IMG/VR virus record: IMGVR_UViG_2630968533_000001 | Length of the DNA stretch: 47,560 nucleotides | Origin: a virus | Lineage: Duplodnaviria > Heunggongvirae > Uroviricota > Caudoviricetes | Direction: 5' to 3' (one strand) | Shown: positions 8,179 to 16,685 of the stretch, one piece after another | Position numbering within the stretch: the first letter of the stretch is position 1 | Layout: the number at the start of each line of letters is the position of its first letter | Notes under the pieces: generated by a model | Databases searched by the model: none | What the model was told of the DNA's origin: nothing | Seen by the model: the letters and a program-made list of their open reading frames with translations, nothing else | Made by a program: the position numbers and the translations under genes

Positions 8179-8582
8179 TGAACGGACGTACACCAACGAA
8201 GAAAGAGAAACTTTATATACAAGCGGTGCTCACTCACGTGGGTTGCATAGCTTGCATTATTGATGGCCGTGAAATTGAGAATCCAGAGCTGTGGACGGAG
8301 CTACATCACGATCCTGATTACGGCAGCGTTGATGAGAATTGCCACTTCCATAGCTTTGGGTTGTGCGCACCACATCATCGCGGTGTTGTGCCTGGTGGTG
8401 GGCGTGTGCCTCCGCATATTGCCGTTCGTCACCCTCCCCTGAGTAATTGTGCTCGCTTTGTTGAGCGTTATGGCACAGATGAATTTTTGTGTGCGCAGAC
8501 GTGGGAGCTGTTGCCGCAGTCAGTTAAAGACGAAATTGGGTTTGATCTTAGTCTTGGTGAAGTACCAGGGGATACCAAATGA
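8178..8582 (+). CDS. Cys/His-rich putative zinc-binding protein (134 aa)
   Basis: ORF track; CIAC ... CHFHSFGLCAPHH cluster suggests metal binding; family not resolved. Confidence 0.4.
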   Translation: MNGRTPTKKEKLYIQAVLTHVGCIACIIDGREIENPELWTELHHDPDYGSVDENCHFHSFGLCAPHHRGVVPGGGRVPPHIAVRHPPLSNCARFVERYGTDEFLCAQTWELLPQSVKDEIGFDLSLGEVPGDTK

Positions 8583-8911
8583 GATATACCGGCTTTCGCA
8601 AACCAGCGACAAGGAAAAGCAAATACGGCAATAAAAAAACGGTTGTCGATGATATCGCTTTTGATAGCAAAAAAGAGGCTGATTACTACTGCGAACTGAA
8701 GCTACTGAGAAAAGCTGGCCGCGTTGTGACGTTTCTTATGCAGGTGCCTTTTCATCTGCCAGGTGGTGTCGTTTATAAACTTGATTTCATGGTGTTTTAT
8801 GACGATGGGACGATTGATTGTGTCGACACTAAAGGTGTGCGAACAGACGTCTACATCATGAAGAAAAAGCAGGTAGAGGCGCTTTATCCCGTCACGATAC
8901 GGGAGATCTGA
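8579..8911 (+). CDS. DUF1064-like phage protein
   Basis: ORF track; N-terminal KYGNKKTVVDDIAFDSKKEADYYCEL matches the DUF1064 signature as recalled. Confidence 0.5.
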   Translation: MRYTGFRKPATRKSKYGNKKTVVDDIAFDSKKEADYYCELKLLRKAGRVVTFLMQVPFHLPGGVVYKLDFMVFYDDGTIDCVDTKGVRTDVYIMKKKQVEALYPVTIREI

Positions 8912-8914
8912 ACA

Positions 8915-9292
8915 GTGAGACGCGATCTGGATAGCTTGTTTGAGCTATGGGCGCTGTGGGTGCGCAATGGCTGCAACGCCCGTAGCGGTTTCGCGTCGAT
9001 GTTAGAAATGATGATGGTTACGCGCTGCCAGTTTACCGGAGGGGGCGGCGCACCAAATGACTCACTGGAAACCAGTATAGAGGGAGCGGTGACGGCCCTC
9101 ACGGTAGTTGATGAGACTGCGGCGCTGGTTGTCCGAATTGAATACGGGGCGTGGGAGATTCGGGGCCTCGACATAAATGCACCGCATATTGATAAAGCCC
9201 ACGCCCTTTCTCTTAGCCTCAGACAGTATCGCCGGAAGCTGGCAAAAGCCAGGGCGTATGTTGTCGACTATTTGAAAAAGCGAAGAGAGTAA
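8915..9292 (+). CDS. Hypothetical protein (125 aa)
   Basis: ORF track; N-terminal LFELWALWVRNG motif; family unresolved. Confidence 0.4.
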   Translation: MRRDLDSLFELWALWVRNGCNARSGFASMLEMMMVTRCQFTGGGGAPNDSLETSIEGAVTALTVVDETAALVVRIEYGAWEIRGLDINAPHIDKAHALSLSLRQYRRKLAKARAYVVDYLKKRRE

Positions 9293-9343
9293 AAGTGTCA
9301 TTTTGAGCTGTTTTGATGGTGTGTAGACATCGGGAACATCGAA

Positions 9344-9461
9344 AATCTATAAATATATAATTATAGATTTATATAAAAAGTGCTTTACAGGTGGGAAAAA
9401 ATTTCCTATGGTTATACCCGAAACCGAGCGATACCCGCCCTGGTTAAACCGGAGAAATCTG
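9344..9461 (+). promoter_or_regulatory. Conserved promoter-leader cassette, copy 2
   Basis: About 95 bp identical to copies 1 and 3 (TTTATATAAAAAGTGCTTTACAGGTGGGAAAAAATTTCCTATGGTTATACCCGAAACCGAGCGATACCCGCCCTGGTTAAACCGGAG); ends at ATG 9462. Confidence 0.55.
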
Positions 9462-10529
9462 ATGAATAAACAAGTAATTATTTCTGACTGGATCAACAAC
9501 CCTAACAGCCTGTTAAGCACTGATACTGGCTACCTATTACGCCATGTTAATGGTCGTATGGTCAAAAGCGATGAGCACGAAACCTTTTTCTTTGTTGAAG
9601 ACGATGGGCGTATCTATGAGGATGGTTACTCTTATGAAGCCCAAACTGGTTGTATCCCTGCGGAGCTGGTGGACGTAACAGAAGATCTGCGCAAAGCATG
9701 GCTTGAACAGCAGCAGCGCGGAGATGATTACGTAAACACCTATCAGGAACGCCAGAACGCGCGTCTTGCCCGATATATTGCTCGTGCAGAAAAAGCCAGA
9801 AAAGAAGGTGCGGTAGCGCATAAGCGAGCGCATGACCTGTTGGATGTGATCCCGTTAGGCCAGCCGATTTTAGTTGACCATTATAGCGCGAAAGGCCATC
9901 GCCGCCGTTTGTCTAAAGCTGATGCGTTATTCAGAAAAGCGTTTGTTGAATGCGAAAGTAAAGCATCACACTACGAGAGCAAAGCCGCAGGTGTTGGTCG
10001 TAATGGAATTTCGTCTGATGATCCTGATGCGCTATTTAAGTTGCTTCGTAAGCTGCAAGGCTGCATGAAGTCACACGTCAAAATGAAGGCCGCAAATAAG
10101 GCCATTCGCAAATACAAAAAAGACCAAATACAGCAGCTTTCTGCATTAATCGATCTCAGGTTTACAGAAAGCGAAGCCAAAGAGTTACTGGCCGGAGATT
10201 TCTGTGGGCACATCGGATTCCCTTCATACGCACTGAGCAACAATAACGCCGAAATCAAACGACTACAGAGCCGTATTAAGGAGCTTGAATCGGTCAAGTC
10301 TGTAACAGGAGCACAGCGCGAAGAATACGACGGCTTTTCTATGGAGATAGATCCAGAGGATAACCGCATCCTGTTTTATTTCCCTGGCAAACCAGAGGCA
10401 AACATTCGTTCGCTGCTTAAATCACGCGCCTTTAAGTGGAGTCCAACCCGTAATGCATGGGTTCGCAAGATTACTCCAAACGCCCTGGCTGATGCCCGAT
10501 ATCTAAAAGAATCGCTATTGAAAGCCTGA
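9462..10529 (+). CDS. Hypothetical protein (356 aa) expressed from cassette copy 2
   Basis: ORF track ORF 9408-10529, but the ORF-track start lies inside the conserved leader; ATG 9462 sits at the same position relative to the leader as in copies 1 and 3. Confidence 0.55.
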   Translation: MNKQVIISDWINNPNSLLSTDTGYLLRHVNGRMVKSDEHETFFFVEDDGRIYEDGYSYEAQTGCIPAELVDVTEDLRKAWLEQQQRGDDYVNTYQERQNARLARYIARAEKARKEGAVAHKRAHDLLDVIPLGQPILVDHYSAKGHRRRLSKADALFRKAFVECESKASHYESKAAGVGRNGISSDDPDALFKLLRKLQGCMKSHVKMKAANKAIRKYKKDQIQQLSALIDLRFTESEAKELLAGDFCGHIGFPSYALSNNNAEIKRLQSRIKELESVKSVTGAQREEYDGFSMEIDPEDNRILFYFPGKPEANIRSLLKSRAFKWSPTRNAWVRKITPNALADARYLKESLLKA

Positions 10530-10538
10530 CAGTAAGCC

Positions 10539-10568
10539 TACGGCGGGACGTCTCCCGCCGTATATAGA
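10539..10568 (+). terminator. Intrinsic terminator-like hairpin (CGGCGGGA-CGTC-TCCCGCCG) with T/A-rich tail
   Basis: Perfect 8-bp GC-rich stem directly after the stop at 10529. Confidence 0.45.
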
Positions 10569-10606
10569 ATTATATATTTATACAAATGTATAAGGACGCC
10601 TCGACA

Positions 10607-10888
10607 ATGAAACGCAAAATTATTAACCCCCAAGATGTGATTAATTTCCTGACCGATCACCCATGTTCAAAAGTGGACGTAATCGCGGAGCACATTGGTG
10701 TGTCGCAGAACTCTATGCGTTGCAGACTGAGAAGCATGGTTGCCGAAGGACAGATAACAACCAGGAAAATAAATGGTTGCCTGTACTACTCCGCTAAACC
10801 GGAATTGCCATTTGGCATGAATCCTAACTCCATGTTGTTTAACACCTTATTAGCCAAAGTTAAGCCGTTGAGAGGGGCTGTGGCATGA
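10607..10888 (+). CDS. Putative winged-HTH DNA-binding protein (93 aa)
   Basis: ORF track ORF 10586-10888; in-frame ATG 10607 with SD AAGGA; motif DVIAEHIGVSQNSMRCRLRSMVAEGQI resembles a wHTH. Confidence 0.45.
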   Translation: MKRKIINPQDVINFLTDHPCSKVDVIAEHIGVSQNSMRCRLRSMVAEGQITTRKINGCLYYSAKPELPFGMNPNSMLFNTLLAKVKPLRGAVA

Positions 10889-11250
10889 GCATCAAAACCC
10901 ATACCGGAATAATCATTACCAATGATGGTGAGAAAAAAGTGAAGTTGCGCGAGACGCCGACAACCTGGTGTGTTGGTCCGAAAGAAACATATCGCAAGGA
11001 AGATGGCCGTCGTTGTGGGGCACCACTTTCCCGCCGTCGCCTCCTTTTGAGCACGATAAAACCTATCGGGCAGGTTGAGCAACCAACGACTCCGGTAACG
11101 AAGATTTCAGACAAGAGTCTGGCAAACCTGATCGCCGATGCGGACAAGGTGCTGGAGCGGAACACCCCAGTAGCCGATGAGGAATGGTGGCAGGATTTCC
11201 GAGCCGCAATGCTAGAGCTTCAGGAACGTCGTCGGGAGGAGTTGAAGTGA
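10885..11250 (+). CDS. Hypothetical protein (121 aa)
   Basis: ORF track; coupled start/stop. Confidence 0.45.
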   Translation: MSIKTHTGIIITNDGEKKVKLRETPTTWCVGPKETYRKEDGRRCGAPLSRRRLLLSTIKPIGQVEQPTTPVTKISDKSLANLIADADKVLERNTPVADEEWWQDFRAAMLELQERRREELK

Positions 11251-11438
11251 GCAAGAAAAATGCCGGATGGGTCAGGCCAATGAAGGCGAATAAACATCAT
11301 TATTTTAATGAAGGTGAAGTAACCAGCATTTGCGGCCGTTGGATGTATTTTGGTGATTACCGTGAGCCAGACACTTTTGAGAGTCCTGATGATTGCGTGT
11401 CTTGTCGCCGGAAATTGAACAAGGTGGCTTCTAAATGA
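11247..11438 (+). CDS. Small CxxC zinc-ribbon-like protein (GTG start)
   Basis: In-frame GTG 11247 within ORF 11184-11438, preceded by strong SD GGGAGGAG; contains ICGRW ... CVSCRR. Confidence 0.4.
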   Translation: MSKKNAGWVRPMKANKHHYFNEGEVTSICGRWMYFGDYREPDTFESPDDCVSCRRKLNKVASK

Positions 11439-12118
11439 AAGAACGTGGTGTTGTTTTTAATGACGATATGGTTAGGGCCATCCTCGAAGGAAGGAAGACG
11501 CAGACTCGCCGACCTGTAAAAAATGTCAGGGCCGATAACTGCCTGGTTATCCGTAAACCGACAAAGAAACGCAATGGTGTCTATACCCACGTTATGGATG
11601 CACCGGAACATGGTTTATGCCCGTTCGGTAACGTTGGTGATCGCATATGGGTCCGTGAAGCGTGGGCGATATTAGGCAATGAGGATGGTTGCAGTGTGGA
11701 CTGGAACGACAACCTTTGTCGTGGCGATGAGAAGAACGCAGCAAGGATTTATCGGGCCAGTTGTGAGCAAAAGTCTGGTGATTACGGTTTATGGTCGATA
11801 CCCGATGATGCCGACTGGAAACCTCACACTGTGAATGAAAAGTTTGATGGCGGGTGGCGTCCATCAATTCACATGCCGCGCTGGGCTTCACGTATTTTGC
11901 TGGAAATTACCGACGTGCGTGTGGAACGGCTGCATGACATGAGCGAGGCAGATGCTAAAGCAGAAGGCGCATCTCCGGTGACGTACAAGATTACACCGCC
12001 GGAAGCTGTTTATCGCGTTGGCTTTGGTGATATCTGGCGCGGTATTTACGGGCAAGAGAACTGGCTATCTAACCCGTGGGTATGGGTAATTGAGTTTAAG
12101 CGTATTAAGGAAGCATAA
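11435..12118 (+). CDS. ASCH-domain-like protein
   Basis: ORF track; N-terminal FNDDMVRAILEGRKTQTRRP typical of ASCH/PUA-like proteins as recalled. Confidence 0.45.
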   Translation: MKERGVVFNDDMVRAILEGRKTQTRRPVKNVRADNCLVIRKPTKKRNGVYTHVMDAPEHGLCPFGNVGDRIWVREAWAILGNEDGCSVDWNDNLCRGDEKNAARIYRASCEQKSGDYGLWSIPDDADWKPHTVNEKFDGGWRPSIHMPRWASRILLEITDVRVERLHDMSEADAKAEGASPVTYKITPPEAVYRVGFGDIWRGIYGQENWLSNPWVWVIEFKRIKEA

Positions 12119-12120
12119 CT

Positions 12121-12465
12121 ATGAGCAAATCACTTAACGCACGCTGCATCCGTCGCTGGACCGTCGAATTTAAAGGCCGCTGCGACTCAAAATATAGCCC
12201 GTATTGGCGTAAGCGCGACCTGCGGGGGTACATCCGTGAGGTTGCACTGAACACCGCGGATTGCATGGTCGAGCGTATGGCCGAGGATAATGCGATGGTA
12301 GATTTTCAGGGGGCTAATCGAGGATGGTCGCCGGAGTTCTCAGCCTGGTACCACGAACGCCGTGAACAGTATCTCAAAGAGGCGCGCGACCATCTGAACG
12401 AAGACGCCACCAATGACGAGGTTGACGAGGAGATTCAGAACGAGCTGGAGGCCTGGAATGACTAA
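12121..12465 (+). CDS. Hypothetical protein (114 aa)
   Basis: ORF track. Confidence 0.45.
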   Translation: MSKSLNARCIRRWTVEFKGRCDSKYSPYWRKRDLRGYIREVALNTADCMVERMAEDNAMVDFQGANRGWSPEFSAWYHERREQYLKEARDHLNEDATNDEVDEEIQNELEAWND

Positions 12466-13177
12466 CAGCACAGCAATTAACTATCAGGCACTACGTGAGA
12501 TAGCAAAACAGGCAACACAGGGCGAATGGGTCGCATTTATTTCGCCGGGCAAACACGGCACGTACGCTGTGCACACACCAGGAGATAATCATCACGGAGA
12601 TATTGTCGACTGGCCAGGATTCGACGAACAGAAAAACGCAGAGAACAACGCTCGTTATATCGCAGCTTTCAACCCAGAAGTAGTGCAGGCGTTGCTGAAT
12701 GAACGGGAAGCACAAAGCAAACGCATTGCTGAACTGGAGGCCAGTCGTGCGGCGCTGGCGGCGGAGAATGCAGGGCTTAAGGCGATATGTGATGACCGTC
12801 GCAGGTTCATCATGAATGGGGTGCAGACGGGTTATATCAAGGTGCCAACAGCGGAAACAGCTCCAGACCTTGAGACAATTCGCATTGCTATATCACCACA
12901 AAAGCCCATTCCAGCCACCGATGCTTTCCTGGCTGAAATACGTGCGGAGGCACGCAACGAGGGGATTAACTACACCGCAAGCCGTCTTGCTGCTGCGTTC
13001 AATCACGGATTTATCAATAAGTCTTTGCGTGAAGTTTTCGACGTTACACGCATGATTTTGTCAGCGAAAGAAGAGTTGGCTAATGAACCGCACCCGATTG
13101 ATGGCCTGTCCGGTGAATATGCGGAGAAATCTCTTGAGGAGTGGGCGGAACAGATTCGTAAAGGAGGCGACAAGTGA
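12458..13177 (+). CDS. Ead/Ea22-like protein
   Basis: ORF 12413-13177; likely start ATG 12458 after SD GGAG; N-terminal NYQALREIAKQATQGEWVAF plus coiled-coil, typical Ead/Ea22-like signature as recalled. Confidence 0.5.
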   Translation: MTNSTAINYQALREIAKQATQGEWVAFISPGKHGTYAVHTPGDNHHGDIVDWPGFDEQKNAENNARYIAAFNPEVVQALLNEREAQSKRIAELEASRAALAAENAGLKAICDDRRRFIMNGVQTGYIKVPTAETAPDLETIRIAISPQKPIPATDAFLAEIRAEARNEGINYTASRLAAAFNHGFINKSLREVFDVTRMILSAKEELANEPHPIDGLSGEYAEKSLEEWAEQIRKGGDK

Positions 13178-13365
13178 GCAATTTAGCGAGGCTACGAGCA
13201 GTATTTAGATATTCAGAGCGGGTAATGAGGCACATACAACCGAAAACATGGCAGAAATTGGATTCTGTGGGAGTTAAGTTGGAGAAGATTACTCAACTTA
13301 AGCAGTGGAATATCGGCGAATATTATGGAAGTCCTGGTCGGGATGTTCAGTTGGTAAAAAGTTGA
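13174..13365 (+). CDS. Hypothetical small protein (63 aa)
   Basis: ORF track. Confidence 0.35.
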   Translation: MSNLARLRAVFRYSERVMRHIQPKTWQKLDSVGVKLEKITQLKQWNIGEYYGSPGRDVQLVKS

Positions 13366-13511
13366 ACATTGCTTTTTTATTGATCGATTAACCACGATAT
13401 GAAGGTTTTTTTATGGGGAAACCTTGTTTTAGGTGGTAACTGGGTGTAGTGTTTCATTTAACGTAGTAAAACTGCGTTAAGCGATTACCGCGTAATTTGT
13501 TGCTTTATGAA

Positions 13512-13542
13512 GCCCTGCCTTTTTCGGCGGGGCTTTTTTTTT
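13512..13542 (+). terminator. Intrinsic terminator immediately upstream of the holin gene (tR'-like position)
   Basis: 8-bp stem GCCCTGCC/GGCGGGGC (one G-U pair) followed by a T9 run, 14 bp before the holin start. Confidence 0.5.
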
Positions 13543-13555
13543 AACGAGGATTTCA

Positions 13556-13951
13556 ATGTCAGCAGAACCAATTTCCGGTACGGCCGTTGCTGCTGGTGGC
13601 CTGATGGGTGCCAGCGTTTTTGGTATTGCAACTGGTATTGATTACGGCGTTGTATTCGGGGCATTTGCTGGCGCTGTTTTCTATGTTGCTACAGCGGTGA
13701 ATATTAGCCGTCTCAAGCTGATTGGCTATTTCTTTACATCGTTCATTGTTGGAGTGATTGGAGCGCCGTTAGTTGGCTCATTTCTTGCCAAATGGACCAG
13801 CTACAACGATCGACCTCTTGATGCGCTTGGTGCGGTTATTGTGGCTGCATTGACAATTAAAATCCTCACGTTCGTAAACAGCCAGGATCTCGGTAGCATC
13901 TTTGGAATGCTTTCCCGCTTACGTGGAGGGGGTTCAAATGGTAAGCAGTGA
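13556..13951 (+). CDS. Holin-like membrane protein (131 aa, multiple TM segments)
   Basis: ORF track; Gly/Ala-rich hydrophobic segments; first gene of the lysis cassette. Confidence 0.5.
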   Translation: MSAEPISGTAVAAGGLMGASVFGIATGIDYGVVFGAFAGAVFYVATAVNISRLKLIGYFFTSFIVGVIGAPLVGSFLAKWTSYNDRPLDALGAVIVAALTIKILTFVNSQDLGSIFGMLSRLRGGGSNGKQ

Positions 13952-14234
13952 CCCGTCAGCACTGATTAATGCGGTGCTTTGCACAGTAATAGTAATGGCG
14001 CTGATGCTTTATCGACGGAAAGACTCCAGGCATCGTCCATTTGTTTCCTTTCTGGCTTATATCTACGTCATTGTATACGCCAATGTTCCCTTCCGTTATG
14101 TGTTCGGTCTTTATCAAGAATCCCACTGGCTGGTGGTTATTGGAAATCTGATTATCTGCATCGTTGTTCTGTATTTCAGGGGCAATCTGGCGCGGATAGT
14201 TGACGCATTAGGATTTAATCATGACCAAAGATGA
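13938..14234 (+). CDS. Second holin/antiholin-like membrane protein
   Basis: ORF 13902-14234; likely start ATG 13938 with SD GGAGGGGG; three hydrophobic segments. Confidence 0.4.
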   Translation: MVSSDPSALINAVLCTVIVMALMLYRRKDSRHRPFVSFLAYIYVIVYANVPFRYVFGLYQESHWLVVIGNLIICIVVLYFRGNLARIVDALGFNHDQR

Positions 14235-14763
14235 GATTTTTAACAGCATTCTTGGAAAAGAGGGCGGCTATGTGGATCACCCTGACGACAAGGGAGGCCC
14301 AACAATGTGGGGCATCACTCAGAATACTGCCCGTGCTCACGGATACCGTGGCGATATGCGAGATCTGACGCGAGAACAGGCTCTGATGATTCTTGAAGGT
14401 GATTATTGGTATGGGCCTCGTTTTGACCAGGTGGCGCAATTTTCCCCTGATATTGCGGCTGAGATGTGCGATACGGGCGTCAACATGGGGCCGACTGTGG
14501 CTACGAAGATGCTTCAACGTTGGCTGAATGTTTTCAACCGTGGCGGGAAGTTGTATCCAGATATGGATGTGGATGGGCGAATCGGCCCGCGCACCATTGC
14601 GGCATTACGTGCTTATCTTGGGAATCGGGGAAAAGACGGCGAACGGGTAATGCTGACGGCCCTGAACTGTACGCAGGGCGACCGTTATCTGGACCTGGCG
14701 GAGAAACGCGAAGCAAATGAGTCGTTTGTCTATGGCTGGATGAAAGAGCGAGTGGTGGTATGA
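14221..14763 (+). CDS. Endolysin (GH108-like N-terminal domain plus peptidoglycan-binding C-terminal domain)
   Basis: ORF track; N-terminal GKEGGYVDHPDDKGGPTMWGIT is the GH108 signature as recalled; position between holin and spanins. Confidence 0.8.
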   Translation: MTKDEIFNSILGKEGGYVDHPDDKGGPTMWGITQNTARAHGYRGDMRDLTREQALMILEGDYWYGPRFDQVAQFSPDIAAEMCDTGVNMGPTVATKMLQRWLNVFNRGGKLYPDMDVDGRIGPRTIAALRAYLGNRGKDGERVMLTALNCTQGDRYLDLAEKREANESFVYGWMKERVVV

Positions 14764-15038
14764 CTGGTTTGAAGGCCGTTTTGTCATTTATTGGCACAAT
14801 TATATTGGTTGCATTCGGCGCGTTTGGTTTTGGTCGTATGAAGGGGCGAGAAAAGGCCGAAGATGAAGCTGAAAAGCAGCGCATTAATGAGAATGCAGCC
14901 GCCGTAAAAGCCACTGCGGAGCGGCGTATAGAAGTGACAAAAGAGGTGGGGAATGTACAGCAGAGTGTTAACCATATGGCTGATGACGATGTTGATCGCG
15001 AGCTGCGGGAGTCGTGGAAGCGTCCCGGTGGTGGTTGA
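14760..15038 (+). CDS. i-spanin (Rz-like)
   Basis: ORF track; N-terminal TM helix then charged coiled-coil; Rz1-like ORF begins inside its 3' end. Confidence 0.55.
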   Translation: MTGLKAVLSFIGTIILVAFGAFGFGRMKGREKAEDEAEKQRINENAAAVKATAERRIEVTKEVGNVQQSVNHMADDDVDRELRESWKRPGGG

Positions 15039-15162
15039 TACCGCCTGTGATTGGGTAAAGCCCATCTACCTGACTGATCACGACATCGATGTTATGGACC
15101 GCCAGACAAAGAAAGATATTCTGGCTCATAACAGGGCATGGGAAATCAACTGTCCAAAGTAA
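14953..15162 (+). CDS. o-spanin (Rz1-like lipoprotein) overlapping Rz in another frame
   Basis: ORF track; signal peptide with lipobox-like LIASC; starts within the Rz coding region. Confidence 0.55.
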   Translation: MYSRVLTIWLMTMLIASCGSRGSVPVVVDTACDWVKPIYLTDHDIDVMDRQTKKDILAHNRAWEINCPK

Positions 15163-15331
15163 TATATATTTCTATAATTATATAAATATATAGTTACAAC
15201 ATTCTATGCGCTTTTCTCATGGGCGCACGCATCAACCATGTTTGTCTGATATGCCGCCGCGCCCAAAAATCCTGAATTTATTGGCTGGGATTTTCGTGCG
15301 CGGCGCCACACCAGACAAACAAATCAAATAT

Positions 15332-15407
15332 GGCCCCTTAGCTCAGTGGTTAGAGCAGGCGACTCATAATCGCACGGTCATCGGTTCAAATCCGGTAGGG
15401 GCCACCA
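15332..15407 (+). tRNA. tRNA with CAT anticodon (tRNA-Met or lysidine-type tRNA-Ile2-like)
   Basis: Cloverleaf read by hand: acceptor GGCCCCT/AGGGGCC, D-arm GCTC/GAGC, anticodon loop CTCATAA (CAT at 15365-15367), T-arm ATCGG-TTCAAAT-CCGGT, encoded CCA; G1-C72 paired so not an initiator; 5' half resembles E. coli ileX as recalled. Confidence 0.85.
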
Positions 15408-15714
15408 ATTCACTCTCACACATAAAGATAAGCGCGGTGGAGTTACTTCTTCGTGCTCATCTTTATGCGTGCCTGGTGCGCATTTCGGGCGAACGTGGGG
15501 CTAAGTTACAGGCAGGGCCTGTTATCCGCAAAGGGGTAAAAGCTGGAGCGGCACGGAACTGTAGCCGTGTTACCAAAACAGCGTTGTCGGGCGATATCCG
15601 GCACACAACAGGCAAGGGCATTAATCAGTCTGGTTAGCGCCCTTTTCGTTGTGTTTGCTGTAGAGCTGGCCAGCGTTATGACTGCCGGAGATAAGCGCCG
15701 GAGGCACAATTAAC

Positions 15715-16302
15715 ATGGAGGAAATTGCATTGTTTAATCTGATTTATGCAGATCCCCCCTGGGAATACAAAGACAAGTGTAAGGATGGGAATCGTGGAGC
15801 TGGTTTTAAGTATCCAACGATGAAAGCTGAGGAGATTGCTCGTATTCCTGTCTGGCAGCTTGCTAATCCTGAATCGTGTTTGTTGGCCATGTGGTGGGTT
15901 CCGACTCAGCCAGAAGAAGCGTTGCTGGTGGTGAAAGCATGGGGATTCAGGCTTATGACCATGAAGGGCTTCACATGGAACAAATGTGGTAGCCGACAAC
16001 CAGATAAGCTGGTGATGGGGATGGGGCATATGACTCGTGCAAACAGTGAAGATTGCTTGTTTGCGGTAAAAGGCAAATTGCCGACCCGCCTTGATGCGGG
16101 GATCATTCAGTCGTTTACATCGCTTCGTCTGGAGCATTCTCGGAAGCCTGATGTGGTTCGTGACAAGCTGGTAAGGCTGTTAGGTGATGTTCCTCGTATT
16201 GAGCTGTTTGCTCGCGGTGATTTACCTGATGGTTGGCATGGCTGGGGCAACCAGTGCAATGGAGGTATCCAGTTGCATGATGCTCTCTGGCAAGTGGCAT
16301 AG
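15715..16302 (+). CDS. MT-A70 family adenine DNA methyltransferase
   Basis: ORF track; catalytic DPPW motif in LIYADPPWEYK near the N-terminus. Confidence 0.8.
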   Translation: MEEIALFNLIYADPPWEYKDKCKDGNRGAGFKYPTMKAEEIARIPVWQLANPESCLLAMWWVPTQPEEALLVVKAWGFRLMTMKGFTWNKCGSRQPDKLVMGMGHMTRANSEDCLFAVKGKLPTRLDAGIIQSFTSLRLEHSRKPDVVRDKLVRLLGDVPRIELFARGDLPDGWHGWGNQCNGGIQLHDALWQVA

Positions 16303-16415
16303 AATTATATAATTATATATTTATATAAAAAAGTGCTTTACAGGTGGGAAAAAATTTCCTATGGTTATACCCGAAACCGAGCGATACCCGCCCTGGTTAA
16401 ACCGGAGATAACCCG
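16303..16415 (+). promoter_or_regulatory. Conserved promoter-leader cassette, copy 3
   Basis: Near-identical to copy 1; perfect palindrome TATATAATTATATA at 16306-16319; -35 TTTACA 16337-16342, -10 TATGGT 16360-16365. Confidence 0.55.
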
Positions 16416-16685
16416 ATGAAAGTACAAGACCGTGAAGTAGTAAAAAACCTCCTGCAATACCTGACCTCAAAAAACCTGACGAGCAGCGTTGAGTTCCGTG
16501 AAGCGTTAAAACATTTCAACGTCACTACGGTTTATCGTTGGGAAAACAAACATTCTGAAAGACCGTATGTGGTGGATGTTTTTGCGCCTGATATTGAGTG
16601 CGGTTTTGAGCGCCATTCATTCAAAAAGAAACATTCCGCTGATGTTTTTTGTGAGGTTGTATGTGCGGCAGGAGATGATGAGTGA
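16416..16685 (+). CDS. Hypothetical protein (89 aa) expressed from cassette copy 3
   Basis: ORF track; ATG directly after the conserved leader. Confidence 0.55.
   Translation: MKVQDREVVKNLLQYLTSKNLTSSVEFREALKHFNVTTVYRWENKHSERPYVVDVFAPDIECGFERHSFKKKHSADVFCEVVCAAGDDE

Noticed and set aside
8915-9292. Assignment of the 125-aa protein as a Q-type antiterminator
   Set aside because: Only a vague motif impression; it lies 4 kb upstream of the lysis terminator and I cannot support the family from the sequence alone.
15206-15637. 143-codon ORF overlapping the tRNA gene
   Set aside because: It reads straight through a well-formed tRNA cloverleaf and has no coding features.
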